A stretch of DNA of 64,000 nucleotides from Paenibacillus sp. (GTDB taxonomy: Bacteria > Bacteroidota > Bacteroidia > Bacteroidales > Muribaculaceae). Positions within the stretch are counted from its first letter, which is position 1. The number at the start of each line of letters is the position of its first letter. Below the pieces are notes generated by a model, which saw only the letters and a program-made list of their open reading frames with translations, did no database searches and was not told the origin of the DNA. The position numbers and the translations under genes were made by a program. The DNA lies in NCBI GenBank assembly GCA_023663345.1, contig JAMPHR010000001.1, positions 199,997-263,996 of the forward strand, written 5' to 3'. Below are positions 1-8,804 of this stretch, one piece after another.

Positions 1-196
1 TTTCTTCATAGTGAATTGTTAAAAATGAATGGTATGAAATTTAAGTTTGTGGTATTCGGATTAGGTGTGAGTAGGTTTTACCGTACTATTTTAGCTTAAA
101 TTTTTGCAAATGTAGTAAAATAATGTTACGAAAGCAAATTTTTTGTCCGAAAGCGTACAAAATGACCGCTAGAGGGGATGAAAACGGACTTTTTTT

Positions 197-1003
197 ATGG
201 TGGGCGATATTATCGCACCATTTTGGCGGGGGAGGATGATAATTTTGTGGGAAAAAACGAGTGTCGTTATGAATGATGTTATAGATAGAAATAATGCACG
301 GGAACCGGTGGTGCCCGAGGTGCGCTATAAGTCGGATCTGCGTGTGTCGCGCAGGGCGTTCAATAAGTTTGTGGCGCGTATCAATGAGGTGTATGCTGAC
401 AATATTGATAGGGCCCGCCTGATGGTGCTTGTACTTGAGGCTTATCTGCTGGGCGACATGGTGATGGCTATGGCTCTGCTCGACAGGCATGGCGACAAGA
501 ATGTGTTCATGTTTCTGAAGCAGGAGGTTGATGCCGCCGTTGTGCGCTCGCGTCGTGCCAAGGCGCTTGCGAGGATACGGATGTATTCTTCCATCCCTGA
601 GTATGTTCCGAGCAGAGAGCCAAAGGTTATGGAGATTAAGACCGGAGTGCCGAAGGGTATGGAGATAAAGACCAGAGAGCCAAAGGGCAAGAAGGTTGAG
701 GCCGGAGAGCCAAAGAAATTAACCAAGGAGCCGGTGGTTTTGGCCGGTGAGCCCAAGGGGCCTCATTCCGTAGAGATGTGGCGCAGGCATTTACAGGATA
801 CCAAGTGCGCGGGCATACGTATTCGCCGGGAGGTATCTGCTGTAAGATCTGCCGTAGGCAGAGGTTATAAGGTTAAGAACGAAGGTTATAAGGTTAAGAA
901 CGAAGGTTATAAGGTTATGAGAAAGGAGGATTATCCATGCGAGATGAATAATCCTCCGATCGACAAGTCATTTATTAACCTTTTTTACCTTATAACCTCA
1001 TAA
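197..1003 (+). CDS. Hypothetical protein; helical N-terminal half, low-complexity repeat C-terminal half (true start may be later, e.g. MNDVIDR)
   Basis: 268-aa ORF; 10-aa repeats (REPKVMEIKT-like) and GYKVKNE repeats; 3' end runs into a palindromic terminator region. Confidence 0.55.
   Translation: MVGDIIAPFWRGRMIILWEKTSVVMNDVIDRNNAREPVVPEVRYKSDLRVSRRAFNKFVARINEVYADNIDRARLMVLVLEAYLLGDMVMAMALLDRHGDKNVFMFLKQEVDAAVVRSRRAKALARIRMYSSIPEYVPSREPKVMEIKTGVPKGMEIKTREPKGKKVEAGEPKKLTKEPVVLAGEPKGPHSVEMWRRHLQDTKCAGIRIRREVSAVRSAVGRGYKVKNEGYKVKNEGYKVMRKEDYPCEMNNPPIDKSFINLFYLITS
611..730 (+). repeat. Degenerate 30-nt tandem repeat x4
   Basis: Units start at 611, 641, 671, 701 (a/gcc/g-(a/g)gagagccaaag...). 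Confidence 0.75.
862..918 (+). repeat. 21-nt tandem repeat x2.7 built on AGGTTAT/AAGGTTA heptamers
   Basis: AGGTTATAAGGTTAAGAACGA at 862, 883, partial at 904; inverse heptamers (ATAACCT) near 990-1007. Confidence 0.8.
925..957. terminator. Hairpin, probable terminator of the minus-strand AKR operon
   Basis: GGAGGATTAT 925-934 / ATAATCCTCC 948-957, just downstream of the AKR stop. Confidence 0.6.
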
Positions 1004-1027
1004 CCTTCATCGGAGGTGAATGGAGAA

Positions 1028-2467
1028 TCACCCACGGTGAGTTTTCAAAGACTCGACAAAAGAGTCGATGCGGTGAAGCTCGGCGGGAATGTCGATGGAT
1101 TGCGGACAGTGGGGAGCGCACTGGTTACAGCCGATACAGTGGTTGGCCTGGCGCAGACGCGGCACACTACGGTCGTAGCCCACAAGGAAAGCCCGCCTGG
1201 CACGGTCATAATTCTCGGAACGGGCGTTCTCGGGCACATTTCCCTCGTTGATACATTTATTATAATGTAGAAGTATGGCGGGGATGTCGATGCCGTAGGG
1301 GCATGGCATACAGTACTTGCAGTCGTTGCACGGGATGGTGGGATAGTTCATCATCAGGTCGGCAGTGTCGTAGAGAAACTGCAGTTCCTTGTCGGTGAGC
1401 GGTTGCAGGGGACAGAACGAGCGCAGATTGTCCTCGAGATGCTCCATGTAGGTCATGCCGCTCAGCACGGTGAGCACGTCCGGATGGGTGCCGGCATAGC
1501 GGAAAGCCCACGAGGCCACGCTCCGCTCGGGCTCCTGTTGCTTGAGGCGCGTGACGATATGGTCGGGCACCTTGGCGAGACGGCCTCCGAGAAGCGGTTC
1601 CATGATCACGGCCGGTATGCCGAGGTCGGCAAGCCGGGTGTAGAGGTATTCGGCATCGGTGTTGCGTGGATTGACCTCTTTGGCGTGGTGCCAGTCCACA
1701 TAATTGAGCTGAATCTGCACGAAATCCCACTTGTAGCGGTCGTGATTGTCGAGCAGATGGTCGAACACCTTGATGTCGCCGTGGTAGGAGAAGCCGAGGT
1801 TGCGTATGCGTCCGGCCTCGCGCTCGGCGAGGAGGAAATCGAGCATCCCGTTGTCGATGTAGCGGGCCTTGAACGCTTCCATGCCGTCGTCGCCCATACC
1901 TATGCCGTGGAGCAGCATGTAGTCGATATGGTCGGTCTGCAACTCCTTGAACGAGTTGCGGTACATGGCCATCGAAGCCTCGCGGCTCCAGGTGGAGGGG
2001 GAGAAGTTGGAGAGCTTTGTGGCGATGAAGTAGCTGTCGCGCGGATGCCGGCTCAGCGCTATGCCCGTGGCGCGTTCCGACCGTCCCTTGCAGTAGGCAG
2101 GCGATGTGTCGAAATAGTTCACTCCGTGGGCTATGGCTGTGTCGACGAGACGGTTGACCATCTCCTGGTCGATCTCATCGTCCCCCTCTTTGGCGCCTTT
2201 GTCCTCCACCGGCTTTGTTGGCCAGCGCATACATCCGTATCCCAGGAGCGACACTTTGTCGCCGGTGGTGGGGTTGACGCGGGTGGTCATACGGTCGGTG
2301 GGGATCTCGCCGTCGGGGCTGTAGGCCTCGGTGGCCTGCCGGGCAGGACGGTCACATCCGGCCATCGCGAGACCCGTGGCTGTGGCTCCGAGGCCGAGGC
2401 GCTTCAGGAAGCCCCGGCGGGTGAGGGGAGAGGTGTTGATATTATTCAGGTAATGGGGAGTTTTCAT
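1028..2467 (-). CDS. Tat-exported aldo/keto reductase with C-terminal 4Fe-4S dicluster domain
   Basis: TRRGFLK Tat motif; LGYGCMR, YFDTSPAY, IATK, DYMLLH AKR motifs; CxxCxxCxxCP and CxxCxxCxxxCP. Confidence 0.92.
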   Translation of the reverse strand: MKTPHYLNNINTSPLTRRGFLKRLGLGATATGLAMAGCDRPARQATEAYSPDGEIPTDRMTTRVNPTTGDKVSLLGYGCMRWPTKPVEDKGAKEGDDEIDQEMVNRLVDTAIAHGVNYFDTSPAYCKGRSERATGIALSRHPRDSYFIATKLSNFSPSTWSREASMAMYRNSFKELQTDHIDYMLLHGIGMGDDGMEAFKARYIDNGMLDFLLAEREAGRIRNLGFSYHGDIKVFDHLLDNHDRYKWDFVQIQLNYVDWHHAKEVNPRNTDAEYLYTRLADLGIPAVIMEPLLGGRLAKVPDHIVTRLKQQEPERSVASWAFRYAGTHPDVLTVLSGMTYMEHLEDNLRSFCPLQPLTDKELQFLYDTADLMMNYPTIPCNDCKYCMPCPYGIDIPAILLHYNKCINEGNVPENARSENYDRARRAFLVGYDRSVPRLRQANHCIGCNQCAPHCPQSIDIPAELHRIDSFVESLKTHRG

Positions 2468-2480
2468 TGCAGGGGGGAGA

Positions 2481-3995
2481 TCAGATTATACGGTGTACTT
2501 CATGCCCTTCGACATATATGGCGCTGTAGGGGCGCGAGGGGCACAGATTCTCGCACGCTCCGCATCCTATGCACCGCTCGTCGTTGACCACGGGGATCTT
2601 TACCGATGTCTCGTCGTCGGGGTCGGAGGGCACCATTGTGATGGCTCCGGCCGGGCAATGGCGGGCGCAGTTGCCACACTCCACGCCATCGGTGAGCGGG
2701 ACGCAATTCTGCTTCACCCACACGGCATGACCGATCTTTACCGACGACTTGTCGGCCTCGGTGATGGGGCGTATGGCACCCGTGGGGCAGGCCTCGGAAC
2801 AGCGGGTACACTCCGGACGGCAATATCCGCGCTCGTAAGAGGAGTAGGGCTGCATGAAGGTGGCGAGGTCGGTCGACGGGCGCAACACTCCGTTGGGACA
2901 GGCCGACACGCACAGCTGACATGCCGTGCAATGGGAGGTGAGGTTGGCTATGCTCAACGCTCCGGGCGGTACTATGCGGGTGCGTCTCTCGGGGGCTTTC
3001 TTGTCCACGATGGCAGCCAGGCCACCGTCAACCACTTTTTCCTGGGCGCTCACGGCGGCAGCCACTGTGGCAGTGGCTGTGATGGAGAGGAAGCTGCGGC
3101 GCGAGGTATCGGTGGCGTTCCCCGGGCCTTTGGCTCCGTTGCCCGAGGATTTCTCTACGGTCGTCGGGGCTGATGAGGGACGTGTGCGGGTGTAGGAGAT
3201 GGCTCCCTGGTGGCATTTGCCTATACAGTCCATGCAAGCCACGCAACGGGAGTAGTCAATGGTGTGGGTCTTGCTGTCGATACAGGCCGACTTGCAGTTG
3301 CGGGCACACAGTCCACAGCCGTTGCACCGCGAGGTGTCGATCACAGGCTTGAAGATGGAGTAGCGCGAGAGGAATCCGAGCATGGTGCCCACGGGGCAGA
3401 TGGTGTTGCAGTAGGTGCGACCGTTGCGCCATGACAGGACGGCGAGTACCACAAGAGTGGTCACGGCCACGGCGAGGGTGACGCCCCCTTTGAGCCAGAT
3501 GTCGACCGAATAGAAGGCGTAGCTGTCGGCCCGCTCGGCCCACGAGGCGAATTGATTGTTGCACCAGGCCCATGCGGGGGCAAGGATGCTTTGGGCTATG
3601 CGCCCGTAGGCACTATAGGGGGCGAGCAGAGCCACCACCGCGCCTATGCCGGCTATGATGGCTCCGGCAAGCAGGGCGAGCATGGAGTAGCGCAGGGCCG
3701 AGAGGGCGGGGGAATAGGAGTAGCGGTTGCGACGGGCTTTCTTTCCTAGCCAGGCAAATCCGTCCTGCATGATGCCGAGGGGGCATATCACGGAGCAGTA
3801 CACGCGCCCGAGCAGGAGAGTGAGCAGGACGAGCGAGATTATGACCGCGACGTTGAGCGACAGCAGGGCGGGCAGTAACTGGATCCTGGCCATCCATCCG
3901 AGCCATGCGTGGGCGGTGCCGGTGAAGTCGAGAAACAGAAGCGTGATCATGATGATGCTCAGTAACGCAACTGCCTGACGGAGTTTCTTCAACAT
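2481..3995 (-). CDS. Membrane polyferredoxin (NapH-like TM region fused to NapG/MauM-like 4Fe-4S region)
   Basis: TM helices, GRxYCxxxCPxG motifs, multiple CxxCxxCxxxC(P) clusters, internal SRRSFL motif. Confidence 0.9.
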   Translation of the reverse strand: MLKKLRQAVALLSIIMITLLFLDFTGTAHAWLGWMARIQLLPALLSLNVAVIISLVLLTLLLGRVYCSVICPLGIMQDGFAWLGKKARRNRYSYSPALSALRYSMLALLAGAIIAGIGAVVALLAPYSAYGRIAQSILAPAWAWCNNQFASWAERADSYAFYSVDIWLKGGVTLAVAVTTLVVLAVLSWRNGRTYCNTICPVGTMLGFLSRYSIFKPVIDTSRCNGCGLCARNCKSACIDSKTHTIDYSRCVACMDCIGKCHQGAISYTRTRPSSAPTTVEKSSGNGAKGPGNATDTSRRSFLSITATATVAAAVSAQEKVVDGGLAAIVDKKAPERRTRIVPPGALSIANLTSHCTACQLCVSACPNGVLRPSTDLATFMQPYSSYERGYCRPECTRCSEACPTGAIRPITEADKSSVKIGHAVWVKQNCVPLTDGVECGNCARHCPAGAITMVPSDPDDETSVKIPVVNDERCIGCGACENLCPSRPYSAIYVEGHEVHRII

Positions 3996-4093
3996 AGTAT
4001 CTTACAATTTTCCACATTGCAAAAATACTCAAAATTGTCAATATCCAAGTAAAACTTTTTACGGAAATCTTTACCATAATTACTGACGGCGGA

Positions 4094-4141
4094 TGTCTCA
4101 CGACATTAGAAAATGTCTCATGGAGATGTGATTTTGTCTCA
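4094..4141 (-). promoter_or_regulatory. Three TGAGACA direct repeats (putative HTCS operator)
   Basis: TGTCTCA on + at 4094, 4114, 4135 (20-21 nt period); same box as at 8664 and 18504. Confidence 0.6.
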
Positions 4142-4243
4142 TCCCGAGGGGCGGGACAGCCTGTGTCATACGATATTGTTGCAGATGCATCATGTGATGT
4201 AATACGCTATTGCATAGTAAAGAAGTATGAAATATCTTTGTGG

Positions 4244-4446
4244 TGTGATTGGCAGGAGGCCGGTCACAAGAGTATTGAAAAGATAACTGGTAACATAAGA
4301 TAATATAAGGATTTCTAAGATTGTTTTTGGTAAAAATTTAGGTGTAATAGGCTATGGACATGACTTAGGTGAGTTGGCCATACGTCACAAGTCAGAAACT
4401 CCCCCGCCATCCAATGATGATTATGGATGGCGGGGGAGTTCTTTAT
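4244..4446 (+). ncRNA. Candidate ~200-nt sRNA
   Basis: Bacteroidetes -7 element TATCTTTG 4233-4240; 10-bp 5' hairpin 4244-4268 with AGGAG loop; second stem 4361-4394; 17-bp terminator hairpin; no ORF. Confidence 0.45.
4397..4446. terminator. Strong, probably bidirectional intrinsic terminator
   Basis: Perfect 17-bp inverted repeat AACTCCCCCGCCATCCA 4397-4413 / 4424-4440. Confidence 0.85.
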
Positions 4447-4506
4447 GTGGGTGCGGTAAGAGCGAATCTGTGGGCTTGCCCTGAGGGCTGAGAGAGGGCC
4501 GGAGGA

Positions 4507-7500
4507 CTATGCCTCGGGCCCGGAAGCCTCGTCGGGCTTGCCCATGTTGCGCAGGCGGTACTCGGAGGGGGATACACCGGTGAAGCGCTTGAAGGCCGAT
4601 GAGAAGTGGGGCTGGGAGGTGAATCCGAGCTTCACGGCCACCTGGGAGATGTCGACGTCGGGTTTCTTGAGCATCTCGCAAGCTCTGCGGAGACGTATGT
4701 TGCGGATGAAGTCGGCGGGGGTTATTCCTATCAGCTCCTTCATCTTGCGGTGCAGGTGGGCGCGGGAAATGCCTACCTCGGCTCCCAGTTCCTCCACGTT
4801 GAGCAGAGGGTCGTCGATGCGGCTGTCGATCGCTTTCATGATCTTTTCCATAAGCATCTCGTCGTTGCCCTTTATGGCGGGGGTGGCTATCTTCTCGTCG
4901 GTGTCCTGGGCTCCGGTGAATTTACCACGGATCCTCAGGCGGTTGTCTATGAGATTGTCGGCCATGGCATCAAGCTCGGCGATGTCGAAAGGCTTGCCAA
5001 TGTATCCGTCGGCACCGTGATCCCAGCCTGACATGCGGTCGGCAATATCGTTGCGCGAGCTGAGGAGGATTACGGGGATGTGGATGGTGTCGACATTGGA
5101 TTTGAGGGCACGCAGAAGCCTCAGACCGTCGTAGCGGGGCATCACGACGTCGGAGATTATGAGGTCGATTTTGTTGTCGCGGACCAGTTCGAGGGCCTCG
5201 ATACCGTCGGAGGCCTGGAGTACCTTGTCGGTGTGGGAGAAATGGTTGCTCAGGTATTCCCTCAGCTCGGTATCATCATCGACTATGAGTATCTGACGGG
5301 TGTTCTTGCGCTTTTTGGGTGCCGGAACGGGGGTGTCGCTATCACGGATCGTGGCCACGGGGGAGCCGGAGGGGATGCGCGGGGTGTCGGATGAGATGAG
5401 GGAGATCTCGGTGGTGTCGTCGGCGATCTCCTCGGGTGACAGGTGCTCGTTGCCGAGCGGGAGCAGGACGGTGAACACGCTACCCTTCTCGCCGTCGGTG
5501 CGGTTGGCCGCCGTGAGATTTCCGTGGTGGAGCTTCACGAGCTGGAGCGAGAGATTGAGGCCTACGCCGAAGCCCGAGGATGCTCCCTGTCCCTGATAGA
5601 AGCGCTCGAATATGCGGTTGATATTCTTGGGGTCGATGCCTATACCGTTGTCAGTCACGGTGATGCGGGCGCACTGGCCGAGGGCGGGATCGGTGACAGT
5701 GCCGATCTCGATGACTATGTCGCCGTCCTGAGGAGTGAATTTTATGGCGTTGGTGATGAGATTGACCAAAACTTTGTCAAAATTGGTGCGGTCAATCCAC
5801 ACAAGAGGCATGTCGTCAGGGACAGATGCGAGGCTGATGCTTATGCCCTTGCTCTCGGCCATTGGGCGGAACAGCTCGATGAGCTCCATAGCGAAGCCGT
5901 TGAGGTCGGTGGGACGCATCTTGAGGCGTTTCTTGCCCTTGTCGATCTTGCGGATCTCGAGGAGCTGATTGGTGAGGCTGAGGATGCGTCCGGCATTGCG
6001 GTGCATACCCCTGAGGGTGGTTTTGGTGTCGCTGTCGAGGTCCTTGCGCAAGAGAGATTCAAGCGGGCTGATGATGCAGGTGACCGGGGAGCGTATCTCG
6101 TGGGATATGTCCATAAAGAATTTCACCTTGGCCTCGTTGATGTCCTCGGCGTTCTTTTTCTTTATGAGCATGTAGATCAGGGCCAGGATCCCCATGAAAA
6201 TGAGGAAGTAGATGATCTTGGCGACGGTGGAGAGGTACCACGGCGGGGTGACGAAGATGGTCAGCTCGGTGACACCTGATGTGACACCGCTGTCGGAGGC
6301 GCGGATGAGTAGGGTGTGGGAGCCGGGCGAAAGCTTGGGGATCACGATGGAGCTCTGGCCGGGGCGCGAGGTGACCCAAGAGTGGTCGATGCCTTTGAGC
6401 ATCCACTCGTAGGCCACATTGGAGGCGTCGCGGAAATCCATGGTGGAGAGCTTGATCATGAGGTTGTTGTCATCGTAGGAGATGTTCACTTTCTCATACT
6501 TCTTTTTGTTCTCGTCGGCTTCAAGGACGGGTCGGCCACCGACCATCGAGGCGAGGGTGAGGCGATGTCCGTTGAGGTATATTCCACTTATGTTTATGGG
6601 ATCGTTGAAGGTGACGGGCTGTATGGTGGTGGGGTCGAAGTCGGTGTATCCGAGGTTGCCCGAGAAGTACATGCGGTAAGGCTCACGGGAGAAGGAGGAG
6701 TTGAGGAATGAGGTCTCCGACAGGCCGTAGCCACCCTGGAATGTGGTGATGGCTCCGGTGGAGGGATCCACGCGGTTGAGTCCGCGCATGGTGCCGGCCC
6801 ATGCTATGCCTTGGTTGTCGATCTGGAGCGACAGGATGTCGGTCTCGGTGAGTCCGTCGGATGCGGTGAATGTCTTTTCAACGGTGTCATTCTCAGGATT
6901 GTAGATGTGGAGGCCGTGGCTTGTGCCAAGTAGCAGACGGCCATCCTTCATCTCGACGATGGCGTTGCATGATCCTTTCATGAACGGAGCCTGGTTGATG
7001 ATGCGGAACGAGTCGGCCATGATGTCGTAGCAGGCGAGTCCGCTGAAAAGGCCTATCCACAGGCGGGAACGGGAGTCGGTGAACATGGATGCGATCCAGT
7101 TGTTGTGGAGTCTTTCCTCGCCCTGGTTCTGAGTGGTCATGAATTTGGATTCGCCCGACTCAGGTTCATATCTGACGATTCCGTCGCCACGTATGCCGAG
7201 GAAGATGCTGGAGGAGCGTCCTCCGCCCGAGATGTAATATCTTATGGATGAGCGGTCAATGTCGAGCAACCGGGTGGCTTTGCCCGAAGCTGTATCGATG
7301 CGCCACAGGGCATCGTTGCCGGTGACGGCATAGAGATTTCCGTCCTTGTGGTAATAGAGAGCCCAGATGTCGCGCCCCGCCGACAGAGGGATGCGCTTTA
7401 TGATCTCGCCCGAGTGGGACATGTGGGTTATGCCCCTGTGTTCGGTTGCGATCCAGAGACCCTGAGGGCTTGTGGCTATGGCTGTTATGCCTCCTTCATA

Positions 7501-8541
7501 GCCCTGATTAACAGGCGATAGGGGATGATAGGTGAACGGCACGGGGGTGCGCGGTACCATGAAGGCACCATACATGTTGCTGAACCACAGGTTTCCATCG
7601 GGGGATATATATACGGAGTGGATCTTGCTGTTGTCGGCATCGAAAAGGGGGGAGAACAGGTCGCTGATGGGGGTGGGCTTGTTCTCACCGGCCTCAAGGG
7701 TCCAGATGCCGCGTCCGTTGGTGGCGATGTAGAGCTTGCCGTCATCGCTGAGACTCAGACTGTTGACGTTGGCTCCATCGAAGTCGGAGATGTCGATGGG
7801 GGTAATCTCCATGGTGGGCGGATGGACGCGGAACACTTCCTTGGTGGTGTAGGCAATGACGTTTCCGTCACGTTCGAGCACCATGTTTACAAAATAGGTG
7901 TTGGAGGCCTTGTGGAGCGATACGTTTCCGTTGGCCTTGATGCGCGCGAGATTTCCGCTGTGGGTTCCGGCAATCATTCCGCCATCGAATGTGGGGATGA
8001 ATGAGTTTATTTCAGAAAACACAGGATCGATGCCTGACCTCACGGCATCGTAGCCGGTAGCGGTCTTTTCGATATAAAATAACCCGACACCCGAGGTGAC
8101 AAAGGCAAGGGTGCCGTCGTGGGTGAGTTTCATGTCGATGATATATCCGTTGAGATCGACCGCCGGGAGGGGGATGAGCGAGAAAGTCTCGGTCAGAGGA
8201 TCGAAGCGGTTGAGACCGTCGGAAGTGGCCACCCATATATTTCCGTGGGGATCGGAGAGAACCTTGTTGATGCGGTTGGAGCTTATGGACCCGGGATTGT
8301 TGTCATCGTGGGTATATGTAACGAAATTGACGCCATCGAATTTCAGCAGACCAGCCTCGGAGGCGATCCACAGGTATCCGTTGGTATCGAGATGAAAATC
8401 ATTGCATTTTACCGTACCGATCTCGGGAGCATCGAAATGCCTCAGGCTCCTGAGGGCATATTGCGTGGCCGGGGCAGATGTCGCGAAGCAATAGGAAAGT
8501 ATGAGAATTACGGCTGTCAAATAATGACGGATGCGCTTCAT
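4507..8541 (-). CDS. Hybrid two-component system (HTCS) sensor kinase/response regulator
   Basis: Reg_prop beta-propeller repeats, Y_Y_Y, TM (PPWYLS), HisKA (SHEIRSP), HATPase (DNGIGI, GFGVGL), receiver (ISDVVMP), AraC HTH. Confidence 0.96.
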   Translation of the reverse strand: MKRIRHYLTAVILILSYCFATSAPATQYALRSLRHFDAPEIGTVKCNDFHLDTNGYLWIASEAGLLKFDGVNFVTYTHDDNNPGSISSNRINKVLSDPHGNIWVATSDGLNRFDPLTETFSLIPLPAVDLNGYIIDMKLTHDGTLAFVTSGVGLFYIEKTATGYDAVRSGIDPVFSEINSFIPTFDGGMIAGTHSGNLARIKANGNVSLHKASNTYFVNMVLERDGNVIAYTTKEVFRVHPPTMEITPIDISDFDGANVNSLSLSDDGKLYIATNGRGIWTLEAGENKPTPISDLFSPLFDADNSKIHSVYISPDGNLWFSNMYGAFMVPRTPVPFTYHPLSPVNQGYEGGITAIATSPQGLWIATEHRGITHMSHSGEIIKRIPLSAGRDIWALYYHKDGNLYAVTGNDALWRIDTASGKATRLLDIDRSSIRYYISGGGRSSSIFLGIRGDGIVRYEPESGESKFMTTQNQGEERLHNNWIASMFTDSRSRLWIGLFSGLACYDIMADSFRIINQAPFMKGSCNAIVEMKDGRLLLGTSHGLHIYNPENDTVEKTFTASDGLTETDILSLQIDNQGIAWAGTMRGLNRVDPSTGAITTFQGGYGLSETSFLNSSFSREPYRMYFSGNLGYTDFDPTTIQPVTFNDPINISGIYLNGHRLTLASMVGGRPVLEADENKKKYEKVNISYDDNNLMIKLSTMDFRDASNVAYEWMLKGIDHSWVTSRPGQSSIVIPKLSPGSHTLLIRASDSGVTSGVTELTIFVTPPWYLSTVAKIIYFLIFMGILALIYMLIKKKNAEDINEAKVKFFMDISHEIRSPVTCIISPLESLLRKDLDSDTKTTLRGMHRNAGRILSLTNQLLEIRKIDKGKKRLKMRPTDLNGFAMELIELFRPMAESKGISISLASVPDDMPLVWIDRTNFDKVLVNLITNAIKFTPQDGDIVIEIGTVTDPALGQCARITVTDNGIGIDPKNINRIFERFYQGQGASSGFGVGLNLSLQLVKLHHGNLTAANRTDGEKGSVFTVLLPLGNEHLSPEEIADDTTEISLISSDTPRIPSGSPVATIRDSDTPVPAPKKRKNTRQILIVDDDTELREYLSNHFSHTDKVLQASDGIEALELVRDNKIDLIISDVVMPRYDGLRLLRALKSNVDTIHIPVILLSSRNDIADRMSGWDHGADGYIGKPFDIAELDAMADNLIDNRLRIRGKFTGAQDTDEKIATPAIKGNDEMLMEKIMKAIDSRIDDPLLNVEELGAEVGISRAHLHRKMKELIGITPADFIRNIRLRRACEMLKKPDVDISQVAVKLGFTSQPHFSSAFKRFTGVSPSEYRLRNMGKPDEASGPEA

Positions 8542-8663
8542 GGGAATATAATAGTGTTTTCTGAGTTTTATACAGGCAGTGTTGCAGAGACGTTAAAAAC
8601 TTTTCTTCAAAGTTACGGATTTTTGCAATAAAATTCACCCTAAATGGCGTGAAAAAGGGGTGG

Positions 8664-8772
8664 TGAGACGAAATCATATATATCTGAGACATTTTTGAAA
8701 GGGTCGAGCCATATATCGCAACTTATTGCAACTTGCTGATAATGAAAAAAGCGAATGAATTGTATAACTTTG
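8664..8772 (+). promoter_or_regulatory. HTCS-type direct repeats plus -7 promoter element for the GH115 operon
   Basis: TGAGACG 8664, TGAGACA 8685 (21-nt period); TAACTTTG 8765-8772. Confidence 0.7.
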
Positions 8773-8804
8773 CAATGAATCACGAAACCATAAACCAATC
8801 TATA

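Noticed and set aside
1-9. Start (ATG AAG AAA) of a minus-strand gene leaving the window, with a -7-like TACATTTG at 107-114
   Set aside because: Only three codons visible; product cannot be assigned.
862-918. Possible CRISPR-like repeats
   Set aside because: Direct tandem repeats without spacers; no cas genes in the window.
8733-8804. Longer GH115 N-terminus given by the ORF track
   Set aside because: Overlaps the -7 promoter element; the signal peptide begins at 8805/8823.
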